Positions 26,281 to 40,035 of a DNA stretch of 64,000 bases are shown here, piece by piece. Within the stretch, counting starts at the first letter, position 1, and each line of letters opens with the position of its first letter. The stretch is from the NCBI RefSeq assembly GCF_009914755.1, contig NC_060931.1. One strand, written 5' to 3'. The notes beneath the pieces were generated by a model. That model saw only the letters and a list, made by a program, of their open reading frames with translations. It was not told the origin of the DNA and did not search any database. The position numbers and the translations under genes are program-made. This DNA comes from the human T2T-CHM13v2.0 reference genome, Homo sapiens.

Positions 26281-27329
26281 CTTCAAAGTCATCTTGAATT
26301 CACTGTTCTTCCTGAACTTCATGGTCCATTGCTGACCTGATACAGAATTTTCTGACAGTTTTATAGCTGTGCTTTGGGGGTTTATTGACATTTAATGAGT
26401 GTTTTTGTTCTTGTGAAGTCATTTACATGTTTACTGCTGAGGCTAGCATTCATAACAAGAAAAAAACATTTAAATAACTGCATTTTACCCAGGGAAGATA
26501 AATTACAGTTGCCTATCAATAAGTAGATAACTTTCATTGCTGCCAAGATTATTAGATTGTGGAAGGCAATAAATTTGTACCCTCCCTTGTGAGTCACTTG
26601 CCTTAAAAAATTCACAACTAATTATCTGAAAGTGAGACAGGTTAGTACAGGTTTGCTATCTACTAGTATTCCTTTCTTTCCTAATCACTCTTGCAGATGG
26701 AGGAATCCATTTTATCAGCCTTTCCTCCTTATTCTGCTCTTCCAGAGTAATATATGTGTAAATTAAATGTAGCATAGCTTAAGTAAGCATAGATTACCCT
26801 GTATCTGAGGCGTTGTTTTTAGAGCCACATTTGCATGTTAAGTGGAGTTGTGTGCCATGAGGGATAGGTTTATAGACCGGACCCGTAATGAAGTTGAGAA
26901 TCATTGTGCAAAAGCTGCAGACTACAGGTAGACATTGAGAGCCTTTGAATGTGGAGAGCATATATTTCACTTCCTTTTGACAAAGACTTTATTTTATAAG
27001 GCTTTATGGGAAACAGTGTGTTCAATTACCTCAGTTAAAACTCATTCCAGGGAGCAGACTATTAAAATACTACTTGAAAGTACTGAGATTTCCCCCTTTT
27101 TGTAACTTTTGATCAACTGATTGATACCTGGTATTTAAAATAACATGTTTAAAAAAGATTCCTGAATTTTGTTGTATCTGTGAGAGATACCCTAGGGAGG
27201 ATCATAAGTCTACTATGATCATAATTGTGTTCCTGGTCTAGTCTATCCCTTTAATGTTGGGAGTTGAGAATGGGAGAATATAAAAGAATTCTTTTGGTTC
27301 AGGTAAAAAAGACATTTTTAGAAAGTTAG

Positions 27330-27557
27330 CATGGGATAGTGAGGAAAAAAAAACAAAACAGGCTTTTATTTAGAAGATTTGTGTTCAAATTCTGGCTCTA
27401 CATCTAATTAGTTATATAACTTTATTAACTTTACCAAGGCTCACTTTACTCATTTGTAAAATGTGGATAATAATAATAAATTCCTACCTTACAACACAGC
27501 TTTGTATTTGGTGAGCTAATGTATGGGACATATAGTAGGCATTTAATAGCTGATAGT
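27330..27557 (+). mobile_element. MIR
   Basis: GTTCAAATTCTGGCTCTAC...CTCATTTGTAAAATGTGGATAATAATA. Confidence 0.75.
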
Positions 27558-28322
27558 GAAATCTGAACCTGGGGTTCATTGGACCTTCTTAAGAAAATTT
27601 TGGTAGATAGATATATAAATATAAGTATCATGTTTATGTAATATATGTATTCCTCTCCCCCCTTTATATCTGCATCCCATGTCTTGTTTCCAGTAGGATT
27701 TAACTGGTATGTGGTTGATAAGTTAACTTTTAAATGTATGTAATAGCCAGAGCCTTTTAAAGTTATCTTAAAATGTTCACTGTAAAGCTTCGTTAATAGC
27801 TGCTCTAAATCTGTTTGTCAAGTGCTTTCCACTCTCTTCCAGTTTCTGCTAATGCTACTGCTATTGCTTACTACATTATCCAAGTTGGAAACCTTGGTAT
27901 GATCTTTCCTGCTTTCTCTTTTCTTTGTAATTCTGCTGTCTAGCAGGCTATTTCTATGCAAAACTAATACTGCATAAAATATTGTCAATGCCAATGTAAG
28001 GTAGACAGCTTAGCAAGTACATGGACTTGAAACACCAGAGTATGCTAAGCAGCACTCTATAGCTGTAATGTATTACCCTTTGTCAACAGATTTCTGAGAC
28101 ATCAATGAAACTCCTAATCATGTCCGTTTATACGATATAATACCAATTTTACAGTTTTTTTCTGCTTAATTCTCATTCTTATTTTCGAATGGTAGTAGTA
28201 TCAATGGCAGACTTCTGTAAAACTAGGACTGACATACTTAGATGATGAGATCTTGTTATTCCATAAGCGGTAGGATACCAGATGTGGTAAACAAATAACC
28301 TCTAGCAGCCTGAATGGAAGGA

Positions 28323-28769
28323 TGTGGTAGGCTGGATTATTGTTCAGCAAATATTCATTCCCTAACCTACCCCACTCCCAATAGCCCCCCACCCAACCTA
28401 TGAGAGCAGTCTGTTTCGTCATCCAATTGCTATTGGACTTGGTCGTGTGACTTGATATAACCAATGGAATGTTAGCAAATATGCCACTAGCAAAGGCTTG
28501 AAATATGCTTGTGCAGTTGGACTTGGTCTTTGCACTTCTATTGTTTGCCGTGAGAAGAACATGCTTCTAGTAGCTGCTAATTCAAGAAGGATGAAAAGCA
28601 CTGGCTCTGGACCTGATCTGCAGCTTGGTACCAAGCCCAGTGTAGTCCAGCCTACAGCCAAGTCCCAGATAATGAGCATATATGTGAGCAAGGAAGATAT
28701 ACTTGTTGTATGCTGCTGAATTTTGAGGTGGTTTGTTACTCAGTATTGTGGCGGTAGCTGACAAATACA
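28323..28769 (+). mobile_element. MLT1I/J-like MaLR solo LTR
   Basis: TGTGGTAGGCTGG...AGCTGACAAATACA; flanked on both sides by GAAGGA (28317-28322 and 28770-28775). Confidence 0.85.
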
Positions 28770-31700
28770 GAAGGATACTCATTTCTTTTAAAGACCTTCT
28801 TTAGGCACTGTTTTGGAAGCTGCAGCTTTCCATGTAGCATCAAGAACTTTATTGTTCAATGGCACCTATTTTAATGCCAGTTTTGTCTCTGGTTACTGGC
28901 AAAACTGTTCAGGATTGAAAGCTCGCTTTAAAGAAATGCTTACAATTCAGATGGGAAGAAGAGTGCTGGTTGACCCTGGCTATCTCCACAAACCTGTCTG
29001 TACTTGGAAGTTGTTTCTAGGAAAATATAATGGCCAGTGGCTCCTTTTTTTGTTGTTGGATCAGCTAGTTGTATGTCCTTAGTGGTACAAAGGGCAGTGA
29101 ATACACAAAGATAGTATCTTTAATTATGGAAGGAGCCTATTAAAATTCCATTTTATCTTAAGAAGTAAACATGTAAAGGAATCTGGAGGAGGCCAAACAC
29201 CTCTTTAAAATAATGATTGTCTTGGGCTAATTCCTTTACTGTGCCTTCAGCATCATTAGATGCCAATCCTACTGTGTAGGTTCATTTGCAAACAAAACTG
29301 ATTAGAGACTGGAGGCTGTGTGCATGAGACCTCCCTAAAGCAGAGGTTTCAGAAACCTGCACATTGTTTAAACTGGTTACCCTCAGCACTACTTTTATTT
29401 ATTTTCTCTCTACATGGGGGGGAAAAAGAAGGTTGTTTATTTCAAAGGGTATTAGAACCCATTCTTCAAAAGAGAATACCGAAAAAGAGAAAAAAAGATA
29501 TTGTGTAAAAGCTCAGAAGGTTTTCAGAATTTCCCTTTTTTGCCCATTGTAAACATGATCTTTCCCTTTGCTCTGAGCTCCCCCCTCTGGCATTAATGGT
29601 ATATTTCTCTTTCTGTTACTACAAACTTCAAAGCTCCCCTCCAAGTCATTTTGCAAACTGTAAAGTAATGGTGGGGGCTGCTTTTATTTCCCAGAGTTTG
29701 TGGTGGGGGTGGACTGAGAAATGTAGAGGAACTGTTGGCAACATTTATTAACTTTTAATTTGGTGCAGAAAAAATCGGAAACCAAGTACCATACACCATT
29801 GATGTTGCTTCAAAGATACTTTGAGCTTGTTTAACCAATTTTTTAAAGCTTGTGTGCCGGACTGAAATGAGGTGCCTTTTATACAGACCTCAGGATTGTG
29901 CTGTCATAATAGATAAATCCATATGTCTCTTTGTTTTTGTAATTAAAGCTTTATCCTTCCTCTTTTTTGTCTTCAATGGCTATCTTTGTTCTGATAGAGA
30001 CCGATTGCTTTATTGTAAGTAAACTCCTAACTATTGTGTGATATTCTCTTTAAAAAGAAGACTGGTGATGCCTAATTTATTTAGCACCATCTAGGAATCT
30101 GATTTTCAGTGTGGCTTAATTTTCCAGAAAATAGTCTCTCCCCTTTTAGCATTAAAGATTGTATTTTAACATCTTTAATGGAAATTTTATAAAATACATT
30201 TCTCAGATTTGGTCCTTTTGTCACAATATACTGAGCACATTCAGACTTTTTCTGGTGACTGAAGGACTGTCATTTTGAACCTGGTTAATCGATGCTTTGG
30301 TTGCACTTTTGCACACTACCCTTTATTGAATGTATTGTGATACGTCAGAGGTCATCTTGTCACATGTGAAGGCACGGACAACGTTCCATCGTGCTGAACC
30401 AGTCCCAGACTTCCATTAAAAAAAAAATCATACTTGTTCACTCTTCATACCCTCTGTCTTTTTTTTCCTTGCTTTTTGGGGGTAGGTTATCATGTCTAGC
30501 TATTGATCGTGTCTGTTTCAGACAAGCTCCTCTTGCTAAGTTGCTCAACTATTGTGGTATAAGCTGCAAAGGCAGAGAACCAAGGTGGTTAGAATTGTGT
30601 GTAGAATAAGCGACCAGAAAGCACTCTGTGGCATCATGCACATGAATTCTCAGCTATGGATTGTATAACATAAGGACATTTTGCCCCTGGAAATGTCCCT
30701 TTTTTCTTAATTCTCTCTTCCTTAGTTTCTGCTATTCTTAGTGGTCCAGGCTGCCAGGTAAATTAGGTATTCTTCTGTTAACAATGGCAGTCAAATGATA
30801 CCTAAAACACCTTTATTGTAGAATTCTCTATCCTAGTCCCATCCATCTGTATTTGTGTTACTTAAGTTTTAGCTATTCCATGAAGATCCATTTCTGGGAA
30901 AAATGCTCCGTTATCTAGTGATCTGTTAATTTCTAGAAGTATCTAGGTTGAGGGTAAAGTTTTTGCCGTTTATTTTGCCACCTAGATTGTGCTGAATGGA
31001 TAAGTGAATGAATATGTTTCTTTTGATACTGAAGCAAGTGGGTTTTTTCTTTTATTTTTTGTGATTAAATATTTGGTTAGTTTCTTTTTTCCTCTTAATT
31101 TGTTCTTACTTGTCCTTTATTCCTTAGAGCCACATAAGGAAGGGCAGGGGGAAAGAATTTGAATTATCTCAGTGTTTTTTTTTTTTTTGTTTTTTTAAAG
31201 GAGATAGAATTTGCTCTTGCTATTTATTTCAAGAAATTGGTGATCTTGCATCAGCCGGCTTGTTTTTGAAAGATGTTTTTCTTGGCATCCATGCAAACTA
31301 ACGATATGAACTGTATCAAACCCAGAGTGGCGTGGGCCTTCCTTGTACTGCCTTCTGACTTCTTCAGCTGCTATGTCTGTACTTGCCCTCCTATGTGCCC
31401 TGAGCTCTGCCCTCTGACTGAGAAGATCTAGAATTTGACTGTCCTCTTTAGGCCAGAGCTATCATTACTCATATAAATGATATTCTTTTTGAGATAGCTT
31501 TCTCCTTTCCTCTTCATTTGGCATCAAAACTAATAAATGATGAAACTAACTTCCTTTCCAGTAATTAGAACCTTTCTCTTTTTCTCTTTTTTGTCTCTCT
31601 TTTCCTGAGTGAAGGCAGTGTGGTGTTAAAAAAAAAAAAAACCCTAATATTATCCATATCTTATGGGATACTCTACTGGCATAATACTTCTTTACTAAAG

Positions 31701-32669
31701 CCTAGAACCATAGACTTCAGTTTTGGGGACCTGATCAAAGAAATAAGACAGACCTATGAAATAATCAGCCTCTTTAAGTATCATCACATACCCTTCGTGT
31801 GTACGAGCCAGTGGCTTTCAATTTGATTTAATCAGTGTATGGTTATTAATGTGCACTATATGGAATGCACTGTGTTCTATGCAAAAAAACTCCAAAAATG
31901 AAATCTTCATACCCTCCCCCTTTATTTTAGCTTGTAGGAAATGCATTTCTTCTGTTTTGCTTGTGTGGATAATTACTTTAGAGTAACTTATGATCTTTTC
32001 CCATGAGCTTAGTGTCAATTTCCTGGAGGCATATAATTTTATATAAATTTACCTGTTTGCCCTGTCTGTAAATTGAGGATGAACTGATAAAAAAAAAATA
32101 CATCTGAGTGACTATGGATGGGTTTGTGTGGGAGTGTGTGAGGATGGGAGAAACTTCCATGATTCATTAAGATATATTATGGTCATAGTAAAGGCTCATT
32201 TTAAAATTTTTTGATTTCTTTTTAAATTTTGCGTGTTATCCAAACATGTTAGAGGATTTCATTTTAAAGAAAGTACTGAAAATATTTGCCCAAATTAATA
32301 TTTGTGTTCTACTTTTTTTCTCTTATAGTTTCTCAAATTTACTATATTTGTGTTACTAGAGTTTTTAGATTTTTATTCTGATTATGGCTTATGATTATCC
32401 ACCAGATGTTTAAGTATTTTACCTTTTGCTATTATTTATGAGAGAAAAAAATGGACTGTAAGCTCCCTGTGGTACAATTTTCTGTTCAGAAGAAATGGAA
32501 AAGTTTGGTGGCATTCATTTTCTAGCTCATGGTCTTTTCCCATTTTCGATTATCTGGTGATCACTTACTATTTGCTCTAAACTTCAGACTAATGCTGGAC
32601 AATGAAGAAGAATGCCTGTGACCTCATGGAGCTCACATCTGGATGGGAAAACAGTGCTATTGGTTTCAC

Positions 32670-33200
32670 CACTAAAATTTTCCGTAATATTTCTTTGTTA
32701 CCATTTTAAGATCGGTAGGATATTTTATTATCTAATCTTTTTTCCACTTCACATCTTTTATTTCCCCGTTTTTCTGTGATGTTTCCATACTGATTGTAAA
32801 TGACTCCACAAGTGTGTGCATGAATTCCCTTAAGCTCCTCTGCTTCCCATCATCCAGGCCTGCTGATTGGTATGAGTTCAGTATTGTCAAGTGTTCCCCA
32901 TCTGCTTTTTGTCAGTCGCTATTTTTGCAAAGTCTTCCTTCTCTCTAATTATACAAATATGTCTTTTTCATTTTTCTTGTCAAAGACAAATTAAAAAGAA
33001 TTAGTTCAGTTTCTTAGCTAGTTTAGTCTTCATTAATTCCAAACCCCACTCCATTTTTAGCACCATTTTTCTTTTCCTAGTCTTTGTCCCGCTTTTTGGT
33101 AATTTTAAAAGCTCCTCTTCTCTTGTCTGACTTATTTAAGTAGCATGAATTAATTTGCTACCTCTGACTCTTTTCTATAAGTTTTAGCTAACTGTAACAA
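32670..33200 (-). mobile_element. Ancient CR1/L3-type LINE ORF2 fossil
   Basis: Minus-strand translation of 32896-32732 gives EHLTILNSYQSAGLDDGKQRSLREFMHTLVESFTISMETSQKNGEIKDVKWKKD*, which aligns by eye to the CR1 motif L..KSPGPDG.HPRVLKELA..I..PL.IIF..S...GEVP.DW; AKKLN*FF lies upstream. Confidence 0.65.
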
Positions 33201-33631
33201 GATACTTTTTCACTCTTCTCCATATTTAGTTCAGATCTGTCTTTGTCTGTAGATCTTTGAAGAGTCATTTGTGAAACTACATTAGGTGTTTCTTGTTCAT
33301 TATCATTTTCCCCAAGAGGAATTTTAATCCTATGTGTGTTAATTATTTAATTATCCTAATGATGTCTCATATGGTACCCCTGGCCTCTTGCACACTGATG
33401 GAATTAATCCCTTATCCCAGGGCTCCTCAGAGTTCCTGATTCTTTAATGTTTGTACATTTATATTTAAATAGTTCTTATATTAGTTTTTAAGTAACTTTC
33501 CCCTGGTTTTTCCTTGCCATCTTGATTTTGTCTCTTATTTCTCTAATGCCCTATGTTCTTTCGATTTAAATATTATGACATTAGTTTCTTCCTTTCTGTT
33601 GCCTCCAATGGGGGTTGTTATTATCTAATAT

Positions 33632-33820
33632 ACTCTGGTTTCAAGCTTTAATAGCCATGAGAATCGCCTGGAATGCTTGTTAAAAGTCCAGATTTCTGAG
33701 TCTTAGCCCAGAAATTCTAATTCATTTGGTTTGTGAAGAGCCTAGATATGAAGAGCCAAACATCCCAAGTTTTAATGAGGTGGTCTACTGAGGCAGTCCA
33801 CTATGACTACCACCTGCTAA
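33632..33820. mobile_element. MER5-type hAT MITE
   Basis: GAATCGCCTGGAATGCTTGTTAAAAGTCCAGATTTCTGAG. Confidence 0.7.
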
Positions 33821-34083
33821 CTGCCATCCTTTATCTTAAACGCAGCAGCCAGATTTTTCATCTCAGAACATTTATAAAATGCCTGCTCTCTGTAAGGCAC
33901 TGTGTTGGGCACTCAGAATATCACAGTGAGCAAACTGGACATTGTTCCTGATCTTGCAGTGCTTATAGTATGTTGAATTGTTTTCCTTATCTCAAAAACT
34001 TGATTACCTGTTGCTTACAGATGACAGTAGGTCAGTTCATTAGTATATTTTGCTGAGGTGCTGATAGAACATAAGAACAATGA

Positions 34084-34611
<528 letters not shown>

Positions 34612-35593
34612 CATATTTCATCAGTTCTAATGTATCATCACTTATCAGACCCCTCCCAACTTCAGAGATGTTAAAATGTGAAATAATATGTATCATATAT
34701 CCATGAAGTATAGTGTACGTATTTATGTGTGAGTGTGTTTGTATTTGTGAGGATAATGATACCACACAAAGCTACCTTCTGACTACTGACACATGGTTAC
34801 TTGGGACCAAAAAAGCTGTATCACTGGTCTGACACTCCTGAAAGACTCAGGATTTATTAAGAAACATAAAGCCTGTAACACAAAAGAAGCAAAGATGTAG
34901 GAGGAGATTATCAGTCTCTCAGCCCAGATGACCCTTCCCATGTTTTCCCTGGACCTGCCTCACTGTTGAATTGTGTAATGTGTAGAGATTCCTAACAATG
35001 AAGCCATCAGGGAGACTATAACTCATTGGGTAACTCTTCCATCTATCACTCAGCTCTGACATCTCCAAGAAACCAAACTCAGATGAGCACATTGCTTATT
35101 GTGAGTTATAGCTTCTTTATTTTTTACTTTTTAATTCAATATATTCATTTAAAGGCATTAAAAAAATAAATTTAGTGATTACATTGAATAATCACTTACT
35201 GGCAACCCTCTCCCACCCCCACAGGGACACACAGTTTAACCATTTCTGAGTCAAGGCCTTGCATAGGTAACATTAACTACTGTTTACACTCTTCAGGAAG
35301 TTGTCATAGTTCTTGAACACTACAATGGCTTTCTTATTTCTCTTCATGTTTTCACTGGATCTGAGTCTTCCTGGGAGGGACAGTGACTTATTCAGGGATT
35401 CAGAGGAAAGTAAGGTACTGGAATCAATTCTGCATTTTTGTAAAAGCTCTCATTCTGTTATTTTTCCCACCTTTATCTCCACCCCCACCCCCCCATTACC
35501 TATTCAATTCTGTCTTCCTTCCAAGTACTTTTAGCCTTAGAATTAACTTCTCATGCTACAGTTGGTCATCAGTGTTCATGATGTGACTGGAAA

Positions 35594-36158
35594 TGTCAGA
35601 GACATTTGAACCAGAGCAACTCCATCTTGGGTAAGGGCTGGGTAAAATAAGGCTCAGACTTACTGGGCTGCATTTCCAGGTGGTTTTAAGTCACAGGATG
35701 TGATCAGAGGTCAGCACAAGATACAGGTCATAAAGACCTTGTTGATAAAATAGGTTGCAGTAAAGAAGCTGGGCAAACCCACTAAAACCAAGATGGCAAT
35801 GGGAGTGACCTCTGGTGGTCCTCACTGCTACACTCCCACCAGCAATGTGACAGTTTACAAATGCCATGGCAATGCATTCTAACTTCCATAGAGGAAGTTA
35901 CCCTATGTGGAAGTTACCCTAAAAAGGGGAGAGATGAATAATCTACCCCTTGTTTAGCATATAATCAAGAAATAACCATGGAAGTGGGTAGCTATCAGCC
36001 CTTGGGGCAGCTCTGTGGAGTAGCCATTCTTTTTATTCCTTTACTTTCTTAATAAAACTTGCTTTCACTTTACTCTGTGGACTCACCCTGAATTATTTCT
36101 TGTGTGAGATCCAAGAACCCTCTCTTGGGGTCTGGATCAGGACCCCTTTCTGGTAACA
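35594..36158 (+). mobile_element. MER41A solo LTR (ERV1)
   Basis: TGTCAGAGACATTTGAACCAGAGCAACTCCATCTTG...GGTAACA; TSD GAAA (35590-35593 and 36159-36162); lacks the MER41B TTCCGGGAA segment. Confidence 0.9.
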
Positions 36159-36530
36159 GAAATATTTTAGTACTATTGGGAGATTTTGGCTGAGGTCTTC
36201 TATTTCAGAAGTTTTAACATCAATAGCCAGTGGCAAATGCTAAATAAATGATACAGACTGTAAGTACCAGGGGAGTTACAGGAAAGTAGAGATCACTGAG
36301 TTGTTGGAAAATGCTTCAAGACGGGAGAGATATTTACAGCAAGTAAGATTTGGAGAAGTAGTACCAGAAAGAGAGTTAGGAAGGTACACGGAATATGTGG
36401 AAGGAAGGAATGTAATGAAGGGACTAGCAGAAGGTAGGTTGGGACTGGCTCATAGAGGGCCTAGAAATTCCATCTGAAGATTTTCAGTTGCATATTTTAT
36501 GGAGCAAGGGTTTCTAATTGTCTTTTTGCC

Positions 36531-36832
36531 TTGTTTTTGAGACATAGTCTCACTCTGTCACCCAGTCTGGAGAGCAGTGGTGCAGTCTCGGCTTACTGCA
36601 GTCTCTGTCTCCCAGGTTCAAGTGATTCTCATGCCTCAGCCTCCCGAGTACCTGGGATTACAGATGTGTGCCACCATGCCTGGCTAATTTTTGTATTTTT
36701 TTCTGTAGAGATGTGGTTTCACCATGTGGCCAGGCTGGTCTTGAGCTCCTGGCATCAAGCAATTCACCCACCTCGGCCTCCCAAAGTGCTGGGATTACAG
36801 GCATGAGCCAATGTGTGCCACCGTGCTCCGCC
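36531..36832 (-). mobile_element. Alu SINE (old AluS/AluJ)
   Basis: Full antisense Alu sequence. Confidence 0.93.
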
Positions 36833-36945
36833 TCTAGTTATCTTGAAGAGGCATTTATCACTTCCTCTAAGGTTCCAGTCATCTTCTAAGATATATGGCT
36901 TGCAAATGATACAGTGGGGCTAATTTTGACTCACACTGTTAAGCC

Positions 36946-37007
36946 TGTGTGTTTGTGTGTGGGGGGTGTGTGTGTGTATGTGTGCATGCACATACACGCA
37001 CACATAC
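36946..37007. repeat. Compound (TG)n/(CA)n microsatellite
   Basis: TG run switches to a CA run across TGCATGCA. Confidence 0.85.
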
Positions 37008-37494
37008 CTATGTAAATACAACATCCCTGCTGGTGCTTATTCCTGAGATGGGATTCCTTGAGCAGAGTTGGGGACAGTGCATTGCTGCTGGCTGGGTTCT
37101 CCTCCAGTGAACAATCCTGGAAGACTGTGAAATGAAATTCTGACCACTTGGTCATTCAGATCTACCAGTAACTAATGATTGACCCACTTACAAGGCTTGC
37201 CATAAACAATGGCAAACCATTAGAGGTTTTTTGGTTAGCTTATTTTTTTGTGTATTATGTTTGTTTTCATGTATGTTTTTTAATACCTGCCATTGATGGT
37301 TTGAAATTATTGTTTTAGAAAGGATATACTGGGCATAGCTGGTGAATTGGAGGTGATAAAAACTTAAGTCAAATTAAAAAGACCCTTTTGAAAGCCTAGC
37401 GTGAAGTGAGGGGAACAGAATAAGGACAATGAGAATAGAAAGAGGTGGTTATTAGACAGTAGAAAGGATGAATTACAGAATGATTGGTGGGATA

Positions 37495-38125
37495 ATTTAT
37501 TCATTTATTAAACATTTATTGAAATTTATTACACTGTGGAGATTTAAAGCTGAAAAAGTTGGACTCCACTTCAGAGAGCCCCCAAGAGCGGGCAGTCTGA
37601 CAAGTTAAGTAGTGATGGTATGCTGTGCTTAAGGATGAAGCAGGCTGAAACACCCTCGAGGCATGAAGTGATGCCTCAGGCTAGTGGGGATGGGGAATGG
37701 ACAAGAGAAGAGCTTGTGGGGTGGTATTTGAGCCTATTTATAAGCAAAAAGAAAGAACCTAGTAGAGAAAAAGAGATTTACATATGATCTGGGAGAGAGA
37801 AGGGATGATTAATAAAGTGAGTTATGGAGGAGGTGGGAGTAGATGGATTTTGACCACAAGGAGAAGGGATTTGAAGGAATCGAAGATTTGCTGGATACTG
37901 AAGAAAGGAATGAATCAAAGATGACCAAGGAATCAGTTTTGTGTGTTTTGTGTGACTGAAAGAATGGTGGTCCCATTTGTAATAAAGAGAAGATGAATCT
38001 GTTTTTAAATACATTTGAGTTTGAGATAATGGGAGTCCAATAGGAGGCTTGTACTGAAGGTTGATAAGGTTGACCTGTGAAAGATGAGGGTGAACACCAT
38101 TGATTACAGAGGAGTGTAATGACAA
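37495..38125 (-). mobile_element. L2 fragments
   Basis: TTCATTTATTAAACATTTATTGA start; GAATGGTGGTCCCATT and ACATTTGAGTTTGAGAT internal motifs. Confidence 0.55.
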
Positions 38126-39480
38126 TGTAATCTACAATACAAAGTGCCTCTCTGCAGGACTTGGGTGTTTGTGAAGTAGTGGAGTGAGAAGCCCCAGTTG
38201 CTGTGACGGGAGCCAGGGAGTGAGATTTACAACAGTTTATTTCCCTGTAGGGGTGGTGTTATAGCTGCTTTTTCTTCACATCTTCTTCCGTAGTCGCATT
38301 TGTCCAGGATCTCAGGCACAGGCATGGTTGTGGAGGCTAGACCTCACATGGGTAATAGAAGCACTATCAGACACAGAAATGTCCTTTTCAAGGCTGGGGT
38401 TGGGTTCCGAGGAGACCCTAGCAGGAGAGGCCCAGGGCAAGGGGAAAGATGAACAGTTGACACACCTGCCTCTTGGTAAAGTCTCTTGCGCAGTACAGAA
38501 TGTGGGCCCATCTCTGCTTTCTCCACCAGAGAGCAACTGGATAGCCTTGGATGGAGTCAGAAATCAGCCTGTAGATCTGTGAAATGCCTAATAGTTGTCC
38601 CTGAGTCTATTGTCACTTCAGTCTGGTGGTAGAAACTCAAATACCAAAAACTCCTCAGTGACCTTCCCCATGGTCAAGCACCAGGGTGTAGAATCCAGCA
38701 GATGCTTTGGGTGAGTGTTTGTCTCTGCAGCTCTACAGATTCACTTCCATGCAGGTTGTCTTGACCTCCTGGGGGCATCAGTGGGTGGTGTGAGTGGCCT
38801 TTATCAAAGGTTCTCCCATTTTCCTGGCTGTGATGAGGAGTCAGAATTAGTTACAGTATCTAAGGACCCCAGAGCTCCATCTTTCTCTCTCAAAGTTATA
38901 TTCCCAGAAAGGTCATTTGGGAAACACCCCCTCTCAAAGGGGCATGTAGTGCTTAAGTGTTGGCTTCTATACACAAAAAGCTCAAACTGTATAAGAAGCA
39001 CCTGTGTTGGAAGATGATGCCCAGATGAGGAAAGCTTGGAGTGTGGCCTTTATTTTGGCCATTATGCCAGGCAGGACCAGGGACAACTGACAGACCGCAG
39101 GAACTATGTAGTTCAGGGAATTAGGAGCATTTCCTATTCTCTTGGGTCAGGAGACCTGTGTGTACTGATATCCTGGCCCAAAAGGTATGCTGAAAACCAG
39201 GTCCTCATAAGAGTGGAGTGTAGCTCACTTTCTGATTGTGCATAGCCATGGGTTCAGTCTGAGTGTTTCTTCAGGAGAAGCCAAATTATAAAGTCAGCCT
39301 AGCTGACCAGAGGAATTTCAGTCCAAAGGGGCAAGAGAGATTCTGAATGAGAGCCAGCAGAATGGACCAAGGAGACCAGCAAATGAAGAATCAGAGCACA
39401 GGGTAGCAAGTGGGGCTTGGCGTTTTCTCCAGGCTCTTTATTCTTCCTGAATCTCCCTCCTTCCATATGCATCAATTTGG
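38126..39480 (-). mobile_element. Possible ancient long solo LTR, family uncertain
   Basis: GC-balanced block between L2 pieces; the minus strand ends ...ATTACA with AATAAA about 110 nt before it and a TATA-like motif near 38900. Confidence 0.35.
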
Positions 39481-39504
39481 ACATATACTTAGCTAGGTGG
39501 AGAC

Positions 39505-40035
39505 TAACATTTATTGAGGATTGACTTTGTAACAGGTAACGTTTTATGTGTTGGGGCCACAGCAGTGAACAAGATAGAACAAGATAGACAGTCTTACAAC
39601 CCCCTGCTTCCTGCCCCACGGAGCTTATGTCTTAGTGGGCATGTGGAGACGGTAAACTACACACATAGGGTAATTCCTTACTGATGACTTCCTATGAAAA
39701 AGATACAATTAGAGAAACAGCACTGTAGGGTGTGATTTGTTCTGGAGGTGTTAAAGCTAGGGTGGTCAGCAAGCCTTCTTTGAAGAGATGGCATTTGGGT
39801 TGAGTCCTGAGTGAGGAGAAGAAGAGTGCCACATTAAGATTGAGGGAACGGAGAAGAAAATTGGGTCTTGTATTTTGGCTATGTTAAATGTGGGATGCCT
39901 GTGGGACATGAGATCATGAGCAGGTTGGTCGGTGGTGTCAGCTTGTCGGTGTTCAGGTCAGAGGTCTGGGATGACAGATTGCAGGGCCTTACCAGATAGA
40001 TTGTATTTTAAAGTCACAGGACTGGATGAGATGGC
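39505..40035 (-). mobile_element. L2a-like fragment
   Basis: AACATTTATTGAG...CAGCAGTGAACAAGA...GGAGCTTATGTCTTAGTGGG...AGGACTGGATGAGAT. Confidence 0.75.

Noticed and set aside
35594-36158. Interferon-inducible MER41 enhancer
   Set aside because: This copy is A-type and lacks the tandem TTCC.GGAA GAS motifs of MER41B
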